From the NCBI RefSeq assembly GCF_009914755.1, contig NC_060941.1: 64,000 bases of DNA; one strand, written 5' to 3'. A program made the translations under genes and the position numbers. This DNA comes from the human T2T-CHM13v2.0 reference genome, Homo sapiens. Numbering within the stretch: the stretch's first letter is position 1; each line of letters starts with the position of its first letter. The notes below the pieces were generated by a model, which worked only from the letters and a program-made list of their open reading frames with translations, did not search any database and had not been told where the DNA came from. This document shows positions 1 through 13,560 of the stretch, in pieces.

Positions 1-107
1 CATATCTGGATTCCTGACTTACAGAAACTGTGTGATGATAAATGTGTGTTATCTTAAGCCACAAAGTTTTTGGGGTGATTTGTTCTACAGCAATTGATAA
101 TGAATAC
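1..107 (+). mobile_element. MLT1-family (MaLR) LTR, 3' end
   Basis: acagaaactgtgtgatgataaatgtgtgttatcttaagccacaaagtttttggggtgatttgttctacagcaattgataatgaatac resembles the MLT1 3' terminus. Confidence 0.75.
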
Positions 108-149
108 TTCAACCTATAGTGACAACTGGATGTCTATTTACTCATTTTC

Positions 150-272
150 CCCACCAAAGTGTAAAGTTCCTACAAGGCAGAGGTTACAACATATTCATCC
201 TGCTACCTCTCATAGCCCATAATATACAACCTGGCCCATAAAACATGATTAATCAATGTTTGTTAAATTAAC
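150..272 (+). mobile_element. L2 3'-end fragment
   Basis: tgtaaagttcctacaaggcagagg...cctggcccata...aatcaatgtttgttaaattaa resembles a degenerate L2 3' end. Confidence 0.5.
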
Positions 273-1400
273 ATGTATTTTGAGTTTCATTGAAATCAGT
301 TAGTTGAAGTGATAATAACATTTAAATGTGCATGAGCAGTAGGACAAGGCAGATAGCTGGTTAGGATAGAAAGTTTTTGAAAATTGTGAGGGGAAAAATT
401 ATTTCTATTTGTACCCTGTTGTACCCAGCTTAGGTTTCAAAAACTTTCAGGGGATTTTTATTCATTTACCAAAGACTTCAAAGTTGGTGCCTCCCCATCA
501 CTCTAAAGAGGTCTTTGCCCTTATTGACCCAACCATACTGATTTGCCTGGTGCACAGTGGGAGCTATTATAAGGAGAGGGGAGAAGAAGGAAATAGAAAC
601 AACTGTGAAAAAGGTTGAAAAAAATAGCGAAAAGGATAGAAAAAGAGCAGAGGAAAGAGAAGAAGTAGTCAACATCCAACCCAGATGCAGAGAAATGATT
701 CAAAAGAAAAAGTCTGATTTTCCTGTCGGAAATATTTTTAAAAGGAGGTAGGCATTTATCAAAAAGGAAAAAAAAAAAAAGAATAACAGAGTTTGTCTTC
801 CAAAGGACCCAATACTCTTGGAATTCAATGACCTAATTCTGTGTATGGTTGCAGTGTGGAGATTGCCTCTTGTCTGATTCTCATGGCATTGAGACCTCTG
901 ATTTCTCAACAGCACATGCCACAGCACTATCAGAAGTCAGGAATAAAGAACAGAGGGTGTGGGGGGCAGTCTAGATATTATGCTCAGCAAACATATTTTT
1001 AAATCAGTGTAAATTCTATCTTGCTGGTTGCTTATCTTAGCAGTTAAATCAACTTTTCGTTACTTTTGTAGACATTATATAATATCTTCTCCCCGCAGCT
1101 CCAGCCACCAGCTGTTAGTCAGCAGAATGGGAGAGGGACTGGGTCAGCTTAAGCTGAATAACTTCCATGGTGACATTTGAGGGAACCAATTCCCAGCCAC
1201 TGAACAAACCTAAATGTTCTGCTATGGCCATAGAACCAAATAGATCTTAACAAAGAAACCTGAGAGCATTCAAAGGTCAAAACAATTGGAGCTAGTTCCT
1301 TCAAGCTTAAATATGCTCATCTGTAAAGTGGGGACAATAACTGTGTGTCTTATAGGGTTATTTTGAAGGCTAAATATGTGTAAAAGCCTCAGTCTACTGA

Positions 1401-1637
1401 AAGGTTGCTCAACTGTAACACTCTTTTCATTTTGTGAGGGATCATTCTTTGTTGGAGGTTAGGGACACTGTCTCGTGCATTACAGGATGTTTAGCAACAT
1501 CCTCAGCTTCTATCCATCAGATGTTAGCACCCCCCGCCACGGACCACCATCTTCTCCATCATCACCATCAAATATGTCTCCAGACATTTCCAAGTGTCCC
1601 CTAGGAGGCTAAAATTGCCCCTGGTTGAGGACCACTG
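1401..1637 (-). mobile_element. MER20 (hAT-Charlie) DNA transposon
   Basis: gtgcattacaggatgtttagcaacatcc...gtctccagacatttccaagtgtcccc...aaaattgcccctggttgaggaccactg matches the reverse complement of MER20; both TIR-like ends are present. Confidence 0.85.
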
Positions 1638-2569
1638 TTCTAGTACTTGGCATTGTTCCATAAACATCAGATGATATTTTTATCATTATAATTATTACTA
1701 AAGGCAACATCACCCTGCTATGGAGACAGGTCCTTGGTCTCACGGAATCCCTGCAATAGTTGCTGCATTTCTGCATCTTTCTGAGAGTAAGGGTTGAAAA
1801 GAGATAAGGTCAATTCATCTGACAACAATCCAATGGGAAACCTACTGTCTCCGTAGAAATTCTTTTCATGGAAAGAAAAGGGGCTACCATTTTGATCTGC
1901 TGCAGGAACTAGGTCTATTCCTCAGCCTCACAGTTTGCAAAACGCTACAGACTTTTCCATGGGCATAAATTCTCCAGCTTTAGGGATTGCTGGTATAGTT
2001 GACTCTTGAAGCTGCTCTTGGATTTCCAAGGGTAGCACCATTTTTACCTGAGAAAAGAAGGAAAAAGATATTCAAGAAGGAGAACTTTTCAACAGAAGTT
2101 ACTCCATTTGCTGTTTTTGTGGTTTTGTGCTTGTTTAGGTTTGCAAGTGTGTTTTCTGCCCAAATTGTTCTTGCATATTCTAACAGTGTTTGCTTTACGT
2201 GTTTTGATGCCACGCTGTTTTGAAGGTACAAATGTTTTTCATGGCATGTCTTGTGTTAAGTGTACAAACTGAGACGTGAATGTCAGTGACTGAATAGAGT
2301 ACAGTATTCCTCAAAGTTTGTAACTAAATAAACCCTAAGAGAAAAGTGAAGCGAGATTTCTGGAGGTCTGGAAGTGGCCAGCTGACAATATACATCTCTG
2401 TATCTCCTATTTTTATCTTTATGCTAAATGCAAATTTTACTTTCTGTGCTAAAATAATGTTTCATTAGTTTCAAGGTAAAAATGTGTAAATAGACTTTCC
2501 ATACTGGCTTGTTTATTCTGTGGTTTTTCCTACTCCCTTTTTAAAAGTATGTACAGTGAATTTGCAAAG

Positions 2570-2800
2570 ATCATAGTATTGGAATCTAACCCACCTGAAT
2601 TTCAGTCCTTGGCTATACTACTGATAGAATGGATTAACTTGGGCATATCACTTAATCCTGAGGACCCTCAGTTTCCATATCCGAAATGAAGAAGTAAGAA
2701 GTGACCTACTATATCACACCATTATAAGAAGTAAAAGCAATATATGTGAACAGTAGAGCAGAGGGCCAGGCACAGAAAGTTCTCTATAGTCATTAGCTGG
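2570..2800 (+). mobile_element. MIR
   Basis: acttgggcatatcacttaatcc...cctcagtttccatatc MIR core, degenerate. Confidence 0.55.
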
Positions 2801-2811
2801 CATAATTATTA

Positions 2812-3098
2812 TAAAAGGGAGCACTTTTGATGTAAAACATAGGTAGAAGGTCACAAATTTGTTAATCTGCCCCTACCTCCCATCCGTCTACCTACCCTCC
2901 ATACCTGGCCACCTGCCTCATACAGATATTGCCTAACTTTTAAAAAGGAACACTTTTGATATAAAACATAGGTAGAGGGTCACGCAGTACATGAATGAGA
3001 AATGAAACAGAGGCCTGTTAATCTACTGTCACCTCCCAACCCTCTACCCACCCCCTATACCTGGCCACCTGCCTCTGTGCAGATCTTGCCTAACCTTT
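2812..3098. repeat. Diverged two-copy tandem duplication of ~130 bp unique sequence
   Basis: Both 2812-2940 and 2941-3098 contain cacttttgat.taaaacataggtaga.ggtcac, tgttaatct and atacctggccacctgcctc...cagat.ttgcctaac. Confidence 0.9.
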
Positions 3099-3309
3099 CC
3101 CAACAGGAAGAACCTGGGATTTTGTGAAATACTTCCGAGGATGAAACTAACACAGCTCATTAACCCTCCCAAGTATCTGTGCTATAAGGATTTCCTGTAA
3201 CTTTCCCATGACTCTGAATTACATCTACCCTGAGCCCCACATCAAGATCTGGGACATTGCCTTGTCATGCTGACAGTTGCCAACATTTCCTGGCTTTGTT
3301 CACATTGCT

Positions 3310-3428
3310 TCCCAGACCCCTCTTCTGAAGATTCTGATTTTCTTGGTGTAGGGAGAGGGGCAGATAACTTATATTTTTAACAAGCTCCCTAAGTATTTCC
3401 TAAGATTGTGTAAGTTGAGAAAGCACTG
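3310..3428. mobile_element. MER5-like DNA transposon fragment
   Basis: gattctgatt...atttttaacaagctccctaagt...agttgagaaagcactg. Confidence 0.55.
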
Positions 3429-3559
3429 CATTGTGCTATCTGCTTCTGTTGCCCACAGTACCAGAACATATCTCCAGACATCTAAAACAAAGAACAGCAG
3501 GTGTAATTTCTAAAAAAAAAAAAAAACCTGATCATGGCAAATTTAATATTAGTCTAAAT

Positions 3560-4300
3560 ATCTATCAGAATTCCAACATACACCCTCCTTGACCCTGCAA
3601 TTCTACTTCAAGGAATTAATCTTAACAAATATACTTCCAGATCTATAGAAAGGTGAATGTAAAAGCATTGTCTCTAATGCTGTGCGGAATAATGCAGAAG
3701 ACTGTGAGAAAAAACCTAATGTCCAACAATGGGGGAAGAAATGTATGACATAGCCATATAATAGAATATTATGGAGCTTTACAAAGACAGCTGTCTGTGT
3801 TTCGGTATTTTACATCCATACAAGCCATTCTCTGTGTGTTGAATTAAATTAAAAAGGTCTCCAAGTTATATTTTAAATTAAAAATGTCAAAGTGCCTAAT
3901 AGTATGGGCAGTTGACAATCTATCTCCTTCCTCTCTATAACCTTTCTAACTAGATTGTATGTGTCTTGTGCATTATAAGATGTTTAGCAACATCCTTAGC
4001 TTCTGTCCACCAGATGTTAGCACCCCACCCACAGACCACCACCCTCTCCATCATCACCATCAGAAAGTCTCCAGACATTTCCAAGTGTTCCCTGGAGGGT
4101 AAAATCACCCCTGTTTGGGAACCACTGTTCTAGTGCTTGAATAAACGCACATACTATCCCTGGAAGGATACCCAGAAGCATCACTGGTGCCTGTGGGGTA
4201 GGGGACTGGATGGCTAGGAGCTAAGGCCAGGAGGGGACTGAATTTTTGCACAATATGTTTTCTTGGACCCTTTGATTTTTGTATCATGCACAGATTTAAC
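3560..4300 (+). mobile_element. Old L1ME-like 3' region, interrupted by a MER20-derived copy
   Basis: cttgaccctgcaattctacttcaaggaattaatc, aacctaatgtccaacaatggg and ctggaaggatacccagaa are typical ancient L1 3' motifs. Confidence 0.55.
3962..4127 (-). mobile_element. Partial MER20, a close paralogue of the 1469-1637 copy
   Basis: Colinear with 1469-1649; lacks the left TIR part. Confidence 0.85.
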
Positions 4301-5027
4301 CTATACAAAAGTTTGTTTTGATTTAAAACAGAAGACCTCAGTCTAGCTAGCACTCATACCCTACATTTATTCCTTCCCTTTATCCTTCTCTTTCCTTACC
4401 CCACAGCTTTGCTCCTCCATTCACATTAGGAGAATCTTTTCCTGTCCTCCATTCCCACCACAGTGTGGACTTCCTCTCTCCCTATTTCCACTCTGCTTAA
4501 GCCCCACCATTTCCTGGAGGTATGTCTGTCACCTTCAAGTTCTACTAAAGCTACCTTGAATCTAAGCCACACAGGAGGGTTTGTTGCCCTGATGAAATAC
4601 ACTCCATGACCATACCCTTCCTGTACATCTACACATTCCTCATCAATTGGAGATCTTATCACAGAGAAATGTTTTAAAAATCATTCACTTTAGTGTCAAA
4701 CTTTCTTCTCTCTTATTTTAAATTTTCATAATTTTTAATGTATGGGTGCCTAAAAAAGAGTGATGTCTGTTTGAATTTGACCTGTGTGTTTGCATTTCAA
4801 CCATAAATTTCCTCGTAAACAACAGACTCCCTATTTATCCTACACAATAACAATATAAGAAAGACCTACTTATAATCTCTCCTATCGGCCTAATTATAAG
4901 CTCTTAGAAGTGCGGAGCTTATCTTTCACCATTCTACTTTCTTCTTAGGGCTTAATGCAGAAGTTTGACATTAAAGACCCTCAAGAAGTACTTGTTGAGT
5001 GAATATCAGAATGAAGTAGTGAATGTA

Positions 5028-5458
5028 CTTTTTTTAATTTTAATTTTAAGTTCAGGGGTACATGTGCAGGATGTGCAGGTTTGTTACATAGGTAAACGTG
5101 TGCCGTGGTGGTTTGCTGCACCTATCAACCCATCACCTAGGTATTAAGCCCAGCATGCATTAACTATTTTTCCTAATGCTCTCCCTCCCCATTTGACCCA
5201 GCAATCCCATTACTGGGAATACACCCAAAAGAAGACAAATCATTCTATTACAAAGATACATGGATGTGTATGTTCATTGCAGCACTATTCACAATAGCAA
5301 AGACGTGGAATCAACCCAACTGTCCATCAGTGATAGACTGGATAAAGAAAATGTGGTACATATACACCATTGAATGCTATGAAGCCATAAACAGGAACGA
5401 GATCATGTCCTTTGCAGGCACATGGATGGAGCTGGAAGCCATTATCCTCAGCAAACTA
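5028..5458 (-). mobile_element. L1PA (PA8-like) insertion with 5' inversion
   Basis: 5028-5190 is poly-T plus L1 3' UTR on the minus strand; 5191-5458 is ORF2-end/3' UTR sequence on the plus strand (atttgacccagcaatccc...cagcaaacta). Confidence 0.85.
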
Positions 5459-6536
5459 GGGCATCTGCAGGAAAACAGTGTACTATTCTAATTCATTTCC
5501 AGGAGTGTTAATTGATTGTTTTGGCAGAAGAATGTATGGTTTGCGATACAGTGTCAGTACCATGGTTGTACAGTCTGTTTGTTGCCTGACAGTTGTTGGC
5601 TTGTTTTTAGTATGGTCATTTAGTCTCCCTTGTTTACCCTTGACCCCATCTATGTCCTTCAGAGCACCAAGCATAGGGATTTGTCCACAGCACGTTCTTG
5701 AGAAATGGTATGGAATGAATGGCCTTTGATGAGCAATATAAAGAACATGTAGAAAGCTTGGCAAAAGCTTAAGCAGTAAAAGTAAACAACCAACTTGCCC
5801 CCAAATCTGCATAATGTTATATTAAATGTTCATCATGGGAGGAAGAATGACAGGCAGGTTTGGGGGGTTGGCCATCTCTCCATACTTTCCAGGAAGCTGG
5901 GTTTATGTCTTCTGAGGTAAGAACTAGAATAGAATTTTTTTTCTAGATATTTGTGCTTTGCTCACTCCTGTCTTCCAGGGAGGGAGAGGGTCTGCCTATT
6001 ACAAGAAGGCTGTGATCCTTTGGGCTGTCAAGAACTTAATTTAAAATCATAACTGATATTAATAACAGGTATTTCACTTATACATGCTCTTGGGACTCTC
6101 CAAATGAAGGCTAGCCCATAGTCACCACAGTCAGGGAGGGTAACATTCATGGAGGGCAAGGGATTAGGATCACCCTGAGGACCAAACAATCAATAAAACC
6201 GTGATTATGATTTTACCTGGATTGAGTCAAACATCAGGGACTCTAAGCACTTTCCCAATGCTCACTTTCCACCAGTAAGTTAGCAACACTTAACGTGCAC
6301 ACACTGGGCATTACCTCTGCAGGAACAAAAGCTCATATGGAGCATTTCACATTCTTAATAGAAGAGTTTGCCTTTGACATCTCAGTGACCAGTGTGAGTC
6401 AATTTGGAGACCACATTGAACCATCTCTATCTTCTGGTCAGTTGAGGATGTAAGAGGTCCTCCAGTCAACAGAACCCATTCAGACATGACAGAAAGACAA
6501 CAGCTTTGGGTTGAGGCATTTTTCACTTGATGTCAC

Positions 6537-6915
6537 CGTATTAGTCTGTTCTCACGCTGCTATGAAGAACTACCTGAAACTGGATAATTTATAAAGAGCA
6601 GAGGTTTACCTGGCTCATGGTTCCACAGGCTGTACAGGAATCCTGGCTGGGGAGGCCTCAGGAAACTTACAATCATGATGGAAGGTGAAAGGGAAGCAGG
6701 CACAATCTTCACATGGCACAGCAGGAGAGAGGGAGTGAAAAGGGAAGTGATATACACTTTTAAAACAACCAGATCTTGTGAGAACACACTCACTATCACA
6801 AGAACAGCAAGGGAAAAGTCTGCCCCCGTAATCCAATCACCTCTCACTGGATCCCTCTCCCAACGTTACAATTCAACATGAGATTTGGGTGGAGACCCAG
6901 AGCCAAACCATATCA
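6537..6915 (-). mobile_element. MSTA-like MaLR solo LTR
   Basis: (c)gtattagtctgttctcac...gccaaaccatatca; 5-bp TSD gtcac/gtcat. Confidence 0.9.
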
Positions 6916-8787
6916 GTCATTAAAAAGTAATGAAATTATATTACCTGTATCTGAATAGAACTCAGTTGCTAATATGTGATAAATGACCAAAATAAAAATC
7001 TTCAAGTGGACCCATCACCTCTGGGTATGACCTATTTTTCCAGACTAAAGCTGCAACTAGATGGAAAAATGCATGCTCAAGATTAAAGTTCTGCTATTTT
7101 GGAGCCTTTGTGTAAAGGAAGACACTGCACAGGAGGTCTTCCAGGCTGACCTTGTCTGGTGACCATAGTCAAGCTACTGAAGATGGCATCTGTACAGCAG
7201 ATCCAATGACACCTACCACACAGAGTTGTTGTGAATGCAGGTTGATAGACATAAGGTACACAGCATTACGTGACTGTCGAGTGCCTAGTACACAGTAGGC
7301 ACTTAACAAATGTTTGACCCACGGGAAAGACCAATACCCAACTACACACCCAACTTCAGACCCACAGGAGGACTTGATTTCCACTATAGGCTGTAATGAC
7401 ACAGTGCTAACCAAGAGGTTAGGACTGCAGGAGGCCAAGAGGGGACATTCCTGCAAAGCCAATCTACAGCTCAGGGAAGGTTCTGAATTAAATCCTCACC
7501 ATGCAGGTCTAAGTGACACGGGGAATATTCCCTGTGGGACTTTAGATAACTATCATTTGCCTGCTGCATAATTCTCTGTACTGAAGTTGCTTCCTTCCCT
7601 TATAATAACTGTCCGCTAGTTAGCTCATGGCCAGCAGGCTGAAGCACAGAAGGTGGCTGGTGTCAGCCTCCTGAGCTGCCAAGTGGAGATATTTTTCTCA
7701 GGTTTCTGGGTGAGTTTTTAAGCCAACACCCTTGAAAGGGAAGCAGAGCCTTCGTACCACAGGCATCCGGGACACAAGGCCTACACAGTATTTTTGAAAA
7801 GTCATTATCGCTCACTGACGATAAAGGGGCATTCACAGTGGGCAAAGCCACTCCACGGGAATGGGTGGAGCTGGGGCTACCAGGCAGGCTGCGGACCAAG
7901 TTTGCAGCCAGTTTTCCTTTTCCAGCATCTCTGGAGTTGAGCAGGTGCCAACACAGCTAACAGCTTTAGGAGGCCCCCATGGACACAGATAGCAAGCCCC
8001 CCATCTTTTCCATGGAATCTAGCAGCAGCTACCAGGGGCGTCAGCACACTGCATTAATTTTTTCCCTTGCCTGGTTTCCCACATTCTGTGACCACCTTAG
8101 CGTGTGCCAGGGAAAATATTGAAAGCCTAGGTAAATGAAGGGGAACCTAACATTCACCAGTCTGGCCTTAAAATAGCCAGTGGAACGCCCCCATCCCAGA
8201 GAGTACACAGGCAGTGACTGCAGCTAGTGTGCTCAGAGCAGCTGCCCACCCCACCCCAACGGCTCATCCGATTCCCATGAAAGCCTATCTCAGAGAGAGA
8301 ACAAAGAAGCAGCCAGGCTCCTTTGCTGCCTTATTCCCTTTGGGTTCAGGGATGTAGGTGAATATTAATGAATACCAAGTGACCTGATGCAAATCAGTGC
8401 AAGCCACTGGACTGGACGGGGTGGGAACCCTGGTAAAATATGTCTGGGGTGGCGTATAGGTTGAGCAGAGCAAATGGAGAGAGCCAAGAGGAAGAGTGTT
8501 CCCGCAGAAGCATCAAGGCCTCGGGCGTTACAGGGCACACCCCAGGGCTGAGCTCCCAGGGAGAAGGGAAAATGTTTTCACACTGACTGCTGGGCAGCCT
8601 GGTACATAGCTCTAGAACCTACTGCTGTGTCCCAAGTTTGCATATCTTGGAAGGAGTGCACACAGCAGGGAGAGGGGCCCAATAGCAAGAGGTACAGAAG
8701 AAGGAAAGGAGAACAGAGAGAAGATCATCTGGGGTCGAGGAAAAGGAAAAGTGTACAGCTTATAAGCTTTATTTTCCCCATAAAATC

Positions 8788-8978
8788 TTGCCTGATTGAG
8801 CACATAAACATGCAGGATACCCAGTGAAATCTGAATTTCAGATTAACAACACATATGGTTTTCAGGATAAGTATGCCCCAGGCAATATCTGAGACATACT
8901 TAGACTCAAGAAAAAAAAATCAGTGTCTATCCAGAATTCAAGTGTAACTGGGTGTTCTGTATTTTATAGGCAATCCTA
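8788..8978. mobile_element. MER53 palindromic MITE
   Basis: caggatacccagtgaaatctgaatttcagat...aagtatgcccca ggcaata tctgagacatactt...aattcaagtgtaactgggtgttctgtattttat is self-complementary and resembles MER53. Confidence 0.75.
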
Positions 8979-9074
8979 TCCCCACATCTTGCCCCCCGGG
9001 CTATAATGGAAACCCTCAAAGGCTGAGACTGTTTCTGCCATGTCCTTCCTGCATTCCATGTGCCACTTTGCTCT

Positions 9075-9650
<576 letters not shown>

Positions 9651-10122
9651 TACTGTTGTTATTATTATTATTTGATACTCGGTAAATAAAGGAGTCTGAT
9701 AGAGAGAAACTAACTCGTGGGTGTTAGAGACCTGTCTGAGATGACCCTGGACTTCTGCAACCAGCTTTGTGACCTTGAGAGAGACTTTCCCTTTGGGGTT
9801 CCAAGACACCTTACTAACTCTAAAATCCCATCATTTAAACAGATTGAATGAGTAAGAACCAAATGAATAAACTATCTCCATAGATGTGTGTATGGGCTAA
9901 AAGGGTTACAAAGCAGAAGTGCAATGGAGGATGTTTCACTAGACAAAATAATAATAATAAGAAGAAGCCCGTTCCCAAAGGCAAGATGTCTGACTTTCTC
10001 AATGTTCTGATCTCAGGAAGGCTAGGTTTCAGAGACGTAGACAAAAGACAACTACATTAGAGCAGAGTATGTCTGTCTCAACTTGGATTTGCAGAAAAAA
10101 ATAAAAAGTAAAAAAACCCTAG

Positions 10123-10481
10123 CGCTATGGTCTAAACATCTGTGTTTCCCCCAAATTAATATATTGAAATTCTAACCATCATATTAATTTGAGGTGGGGC
10201 CTTTGAGGCATCATTAGGTCATAGGGGTGAAACCCTCATGAACGGAATTAGTGTCCTTACAAAACAGGCTCCAGAGAGAGTCCTCGTCCGTTCCACCATA
10301 TAAGAACACAGAGAGAAGGCTTCATCTGTGAACCAGAAAGTGGACCCTCACCAGATACCATATCTGCTAATGCCTTGATCTTGGACTTTCCAGCCTCCAA
10401 AACTGTGAGAAATAAATTTATGTTATTTTTAAGCCACCCAACGTGTGATATTCTCTTATAGCAGCCAGAACAGATTAAAAC
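10123..10481 (+). mobile_element. MLT1A-like MaLR solo LTR
   Basis: gctatggtctaaacatctgtgtttccccc...ttggactttccagcctccaaaactgtgagaaataaa...gattaaaaca. Confidence 0.85.
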
Positions 10482-10641
10482 AGCTAGTGTAATACCAGAA
10501 TGGCCAAGAGGGAGAACCTTCTCGGTTGCCAGCCCACCCAGTTGCAGTAAATAAATTCAAGGCAGCCAGCACCAACACAGCAGAGAAGCCACGGTCCCTA
10601 TCATCCACGATGCCTTTGTGGCCCAAAGTTACTCCACTCTG

Positions 10642-11001
<360 letters not shown>

Positions 11002-11869
11002 TTATAGCTATTCCTCACTACCCCTGTGAAATTGTCACTTAGCCACAAATAAAATATTTGTCCCTCTCAAGTTATTTTCAGTAAGGAGTCTCAGCACCAA
11101 GAAGCCAGGGATAGGCAGACATCTTCACAGCAATGGTTTCCTCCCAGGTGACTCTTGTAGCAGGTGATGGAGGCGAACTGAGGAGAAGAGGAGCAGCCAG
11201 CAGTCTACTAGCAATGTGGACTTTCTTCACATTGGGTTCAAGAGCCTTTGGGGAATGATGCAATAAAGAGAAGATACAACCTCTTACCCTGGCATATTCA
11301 TAATGTACATGTGAGGCAAAAGTGTCTTCAGTATAACAATGACGTAAGAGGCTGAATGTAGCAATATACAGGTGCAAATAAATATAAGGTAGATGGAGTG
11401 AATTTGTGCTACAACAGCAAAGAATGAGTCACATAGGCCTAGCCAAGATACAAACTTTCAACAGGTACATGATTGGTTGGGGAAGAAGGTGGGAGTGGAA
11501 AGAATAATGTTCTATGCAAAGATAGGAAGGTTTCAAGAGTATGACAAAATGGGCATGAGTGAAAACCTAGTTAAGGAACTAGGTAGGAGGCATGTGAGCT
11601 CTTCAGCATGTAGGCTGGGCTCCACTCATTAAATTAGCTCACAGATCAGGTTGCTCCTAAATAATTGTATTTTCTATAGTTGTTCCTGCTGTAATGTGAT
11701 TTAAGGAGATTTGCAAAAGCACTCAGTGGTCTACCAATTAAAAAATATGTCCTCCACCAACCCAAAATTCCATTCACTGAATCTTCCTGATTATATAATA
11801 CTGAGGGATTATAAATTGACTGTCTGTGGAAGGCAATACAGCAACAGCTCATGAAATTACAAATCACTA

Positions 11870-12193
<324 letters not shown>

Positions 12194-12199
12194 TCACAC

Positions 12200-13140
12200 C
12201 TTTTTAAGTAGCCATTTAACATTCAGAAATTTATTCTGCAGGTATACTTGAGCGTGTACCAGGTTATTTATTTCAGCATTGTTTACAAGACCAAAATATT
12301 GAAACAACCTAAATGCCCGTCACAAATGGCATCACTGGTTGACTCAATTATGGTATTCATACATCCATAGAATAAATGCAAATTAATAGAAAATGTGGAA
12401 GTTGTTGAGTTATTGACATGAGACAATCTCTAAAATATGTTGTTTCAAACAAAAAGGCAAAGCCCGTAGGGTATGTTGTCATGTTGTTGAAAATTAAAGG
12501 GGCCACAAGGAGAGGGACCGTAACTCTCCACTCATTGAGTTTGGACTGCATTTGGTGACTTTCTCCCAAAGATTACAGTATGGAAGCGAGGAGAAGTAAC
12601 CTCACACTGGAGAAACCTGACACACACTACTTTTGCCAGGTGATCAAGGTTAACATCATCAGCAATAAGTCATACTAAAGTACGTACCCTTGATATCACA
12701 TGATGAGAAAGGCACTTCGTCTCTGAGGTCATTGTCTCAAAAACCCTTGTCTAACCATGAGAAAAACATCAGTCGAACTCAAATTCAGGAACCTTCTGCA
12801 AAATACTTGACCAGCCCTCCTCAAAAATGTCCAGATCATCAAAAACAAGGAAAGTCTGAGAAACTGTCCCAGATCAGAGGCGTCTAAGAAGACATGACAG
12901 CTCAATTTAAGATGGGATCCTGGAACCAAGGAGGGGCACTGGGGTAAAACTAGCGAAACCTGATAAACTGTGGAATTTAATTAATTCTAATATACCAATG
13001 TTGATTCCCCAGCTGTGACAAATGTACCACAAAACTATGAGACGTTAACAAAAGGGAAAACTGGATGACGCAGTAAATGGAGACTCTGTCATTATCTTTA
13101 CAACTTTTCCTTAAACTTAAAACTAGTCTAAAGTATAGCA
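12200..13140 (+). mobile_element. Old L1M (ME/MC-type) 3' fragments
   Basis: gaaacaacctaaatgccc, ccaggtgatcaaggttaacatcatcag, aaaaacaaggaaagtctgagaaactgtc and tgtgacaaatgtacca. Confidence 0.7.
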
Positions 13141-13168
13141 TTTATTAATAATTAATATTAATTATTAA

Positions 13169-13560
13169 GATTAAGAAAATGTGGCACATATACACCATGG
13201 AATACTATGCAGTCATAAAAAAGGATGAGTTCTTGTCCTTTGCAGGGACATGGATGACGCTGGAAACCATCATTCTGAGCAAACTACCACAAGGACAGAA
13301 AGCCAGATACTGCATGTTCTCACTCATAGGTGGGAATTGAACAATGAGAACACTTGGATACAGGGTGGGGAACATCACACCCTGGGGCCTGTCATGGGGT
13401 GGGGAGCTGGGGGAGGGATAGCATTAGGAGAAATACCTAATAGAAATGACGAATTAATGGGTGCAGCAAACAAACATGGCACATGTGTACCTATGTAACA
13501 AACCTGCATGTTGTACACATGTACCCTAGAACTTAAAGTATAATAATAAAAAAAAACAAA
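13169..13560 (+). mobile_element. L1PA 3' end (5'-truncated)
   Basis: gattaagaaaatgtggcacatatacaccatgg...taccctagaacttaaagtataataataaaaa. Confidence 0.95.

Noticed and set aside
5264-5491. ORF resembling the L1 ORF2 C-terminus
   Set aside because: Fragment of a truncated, inverted L1; not a gene.
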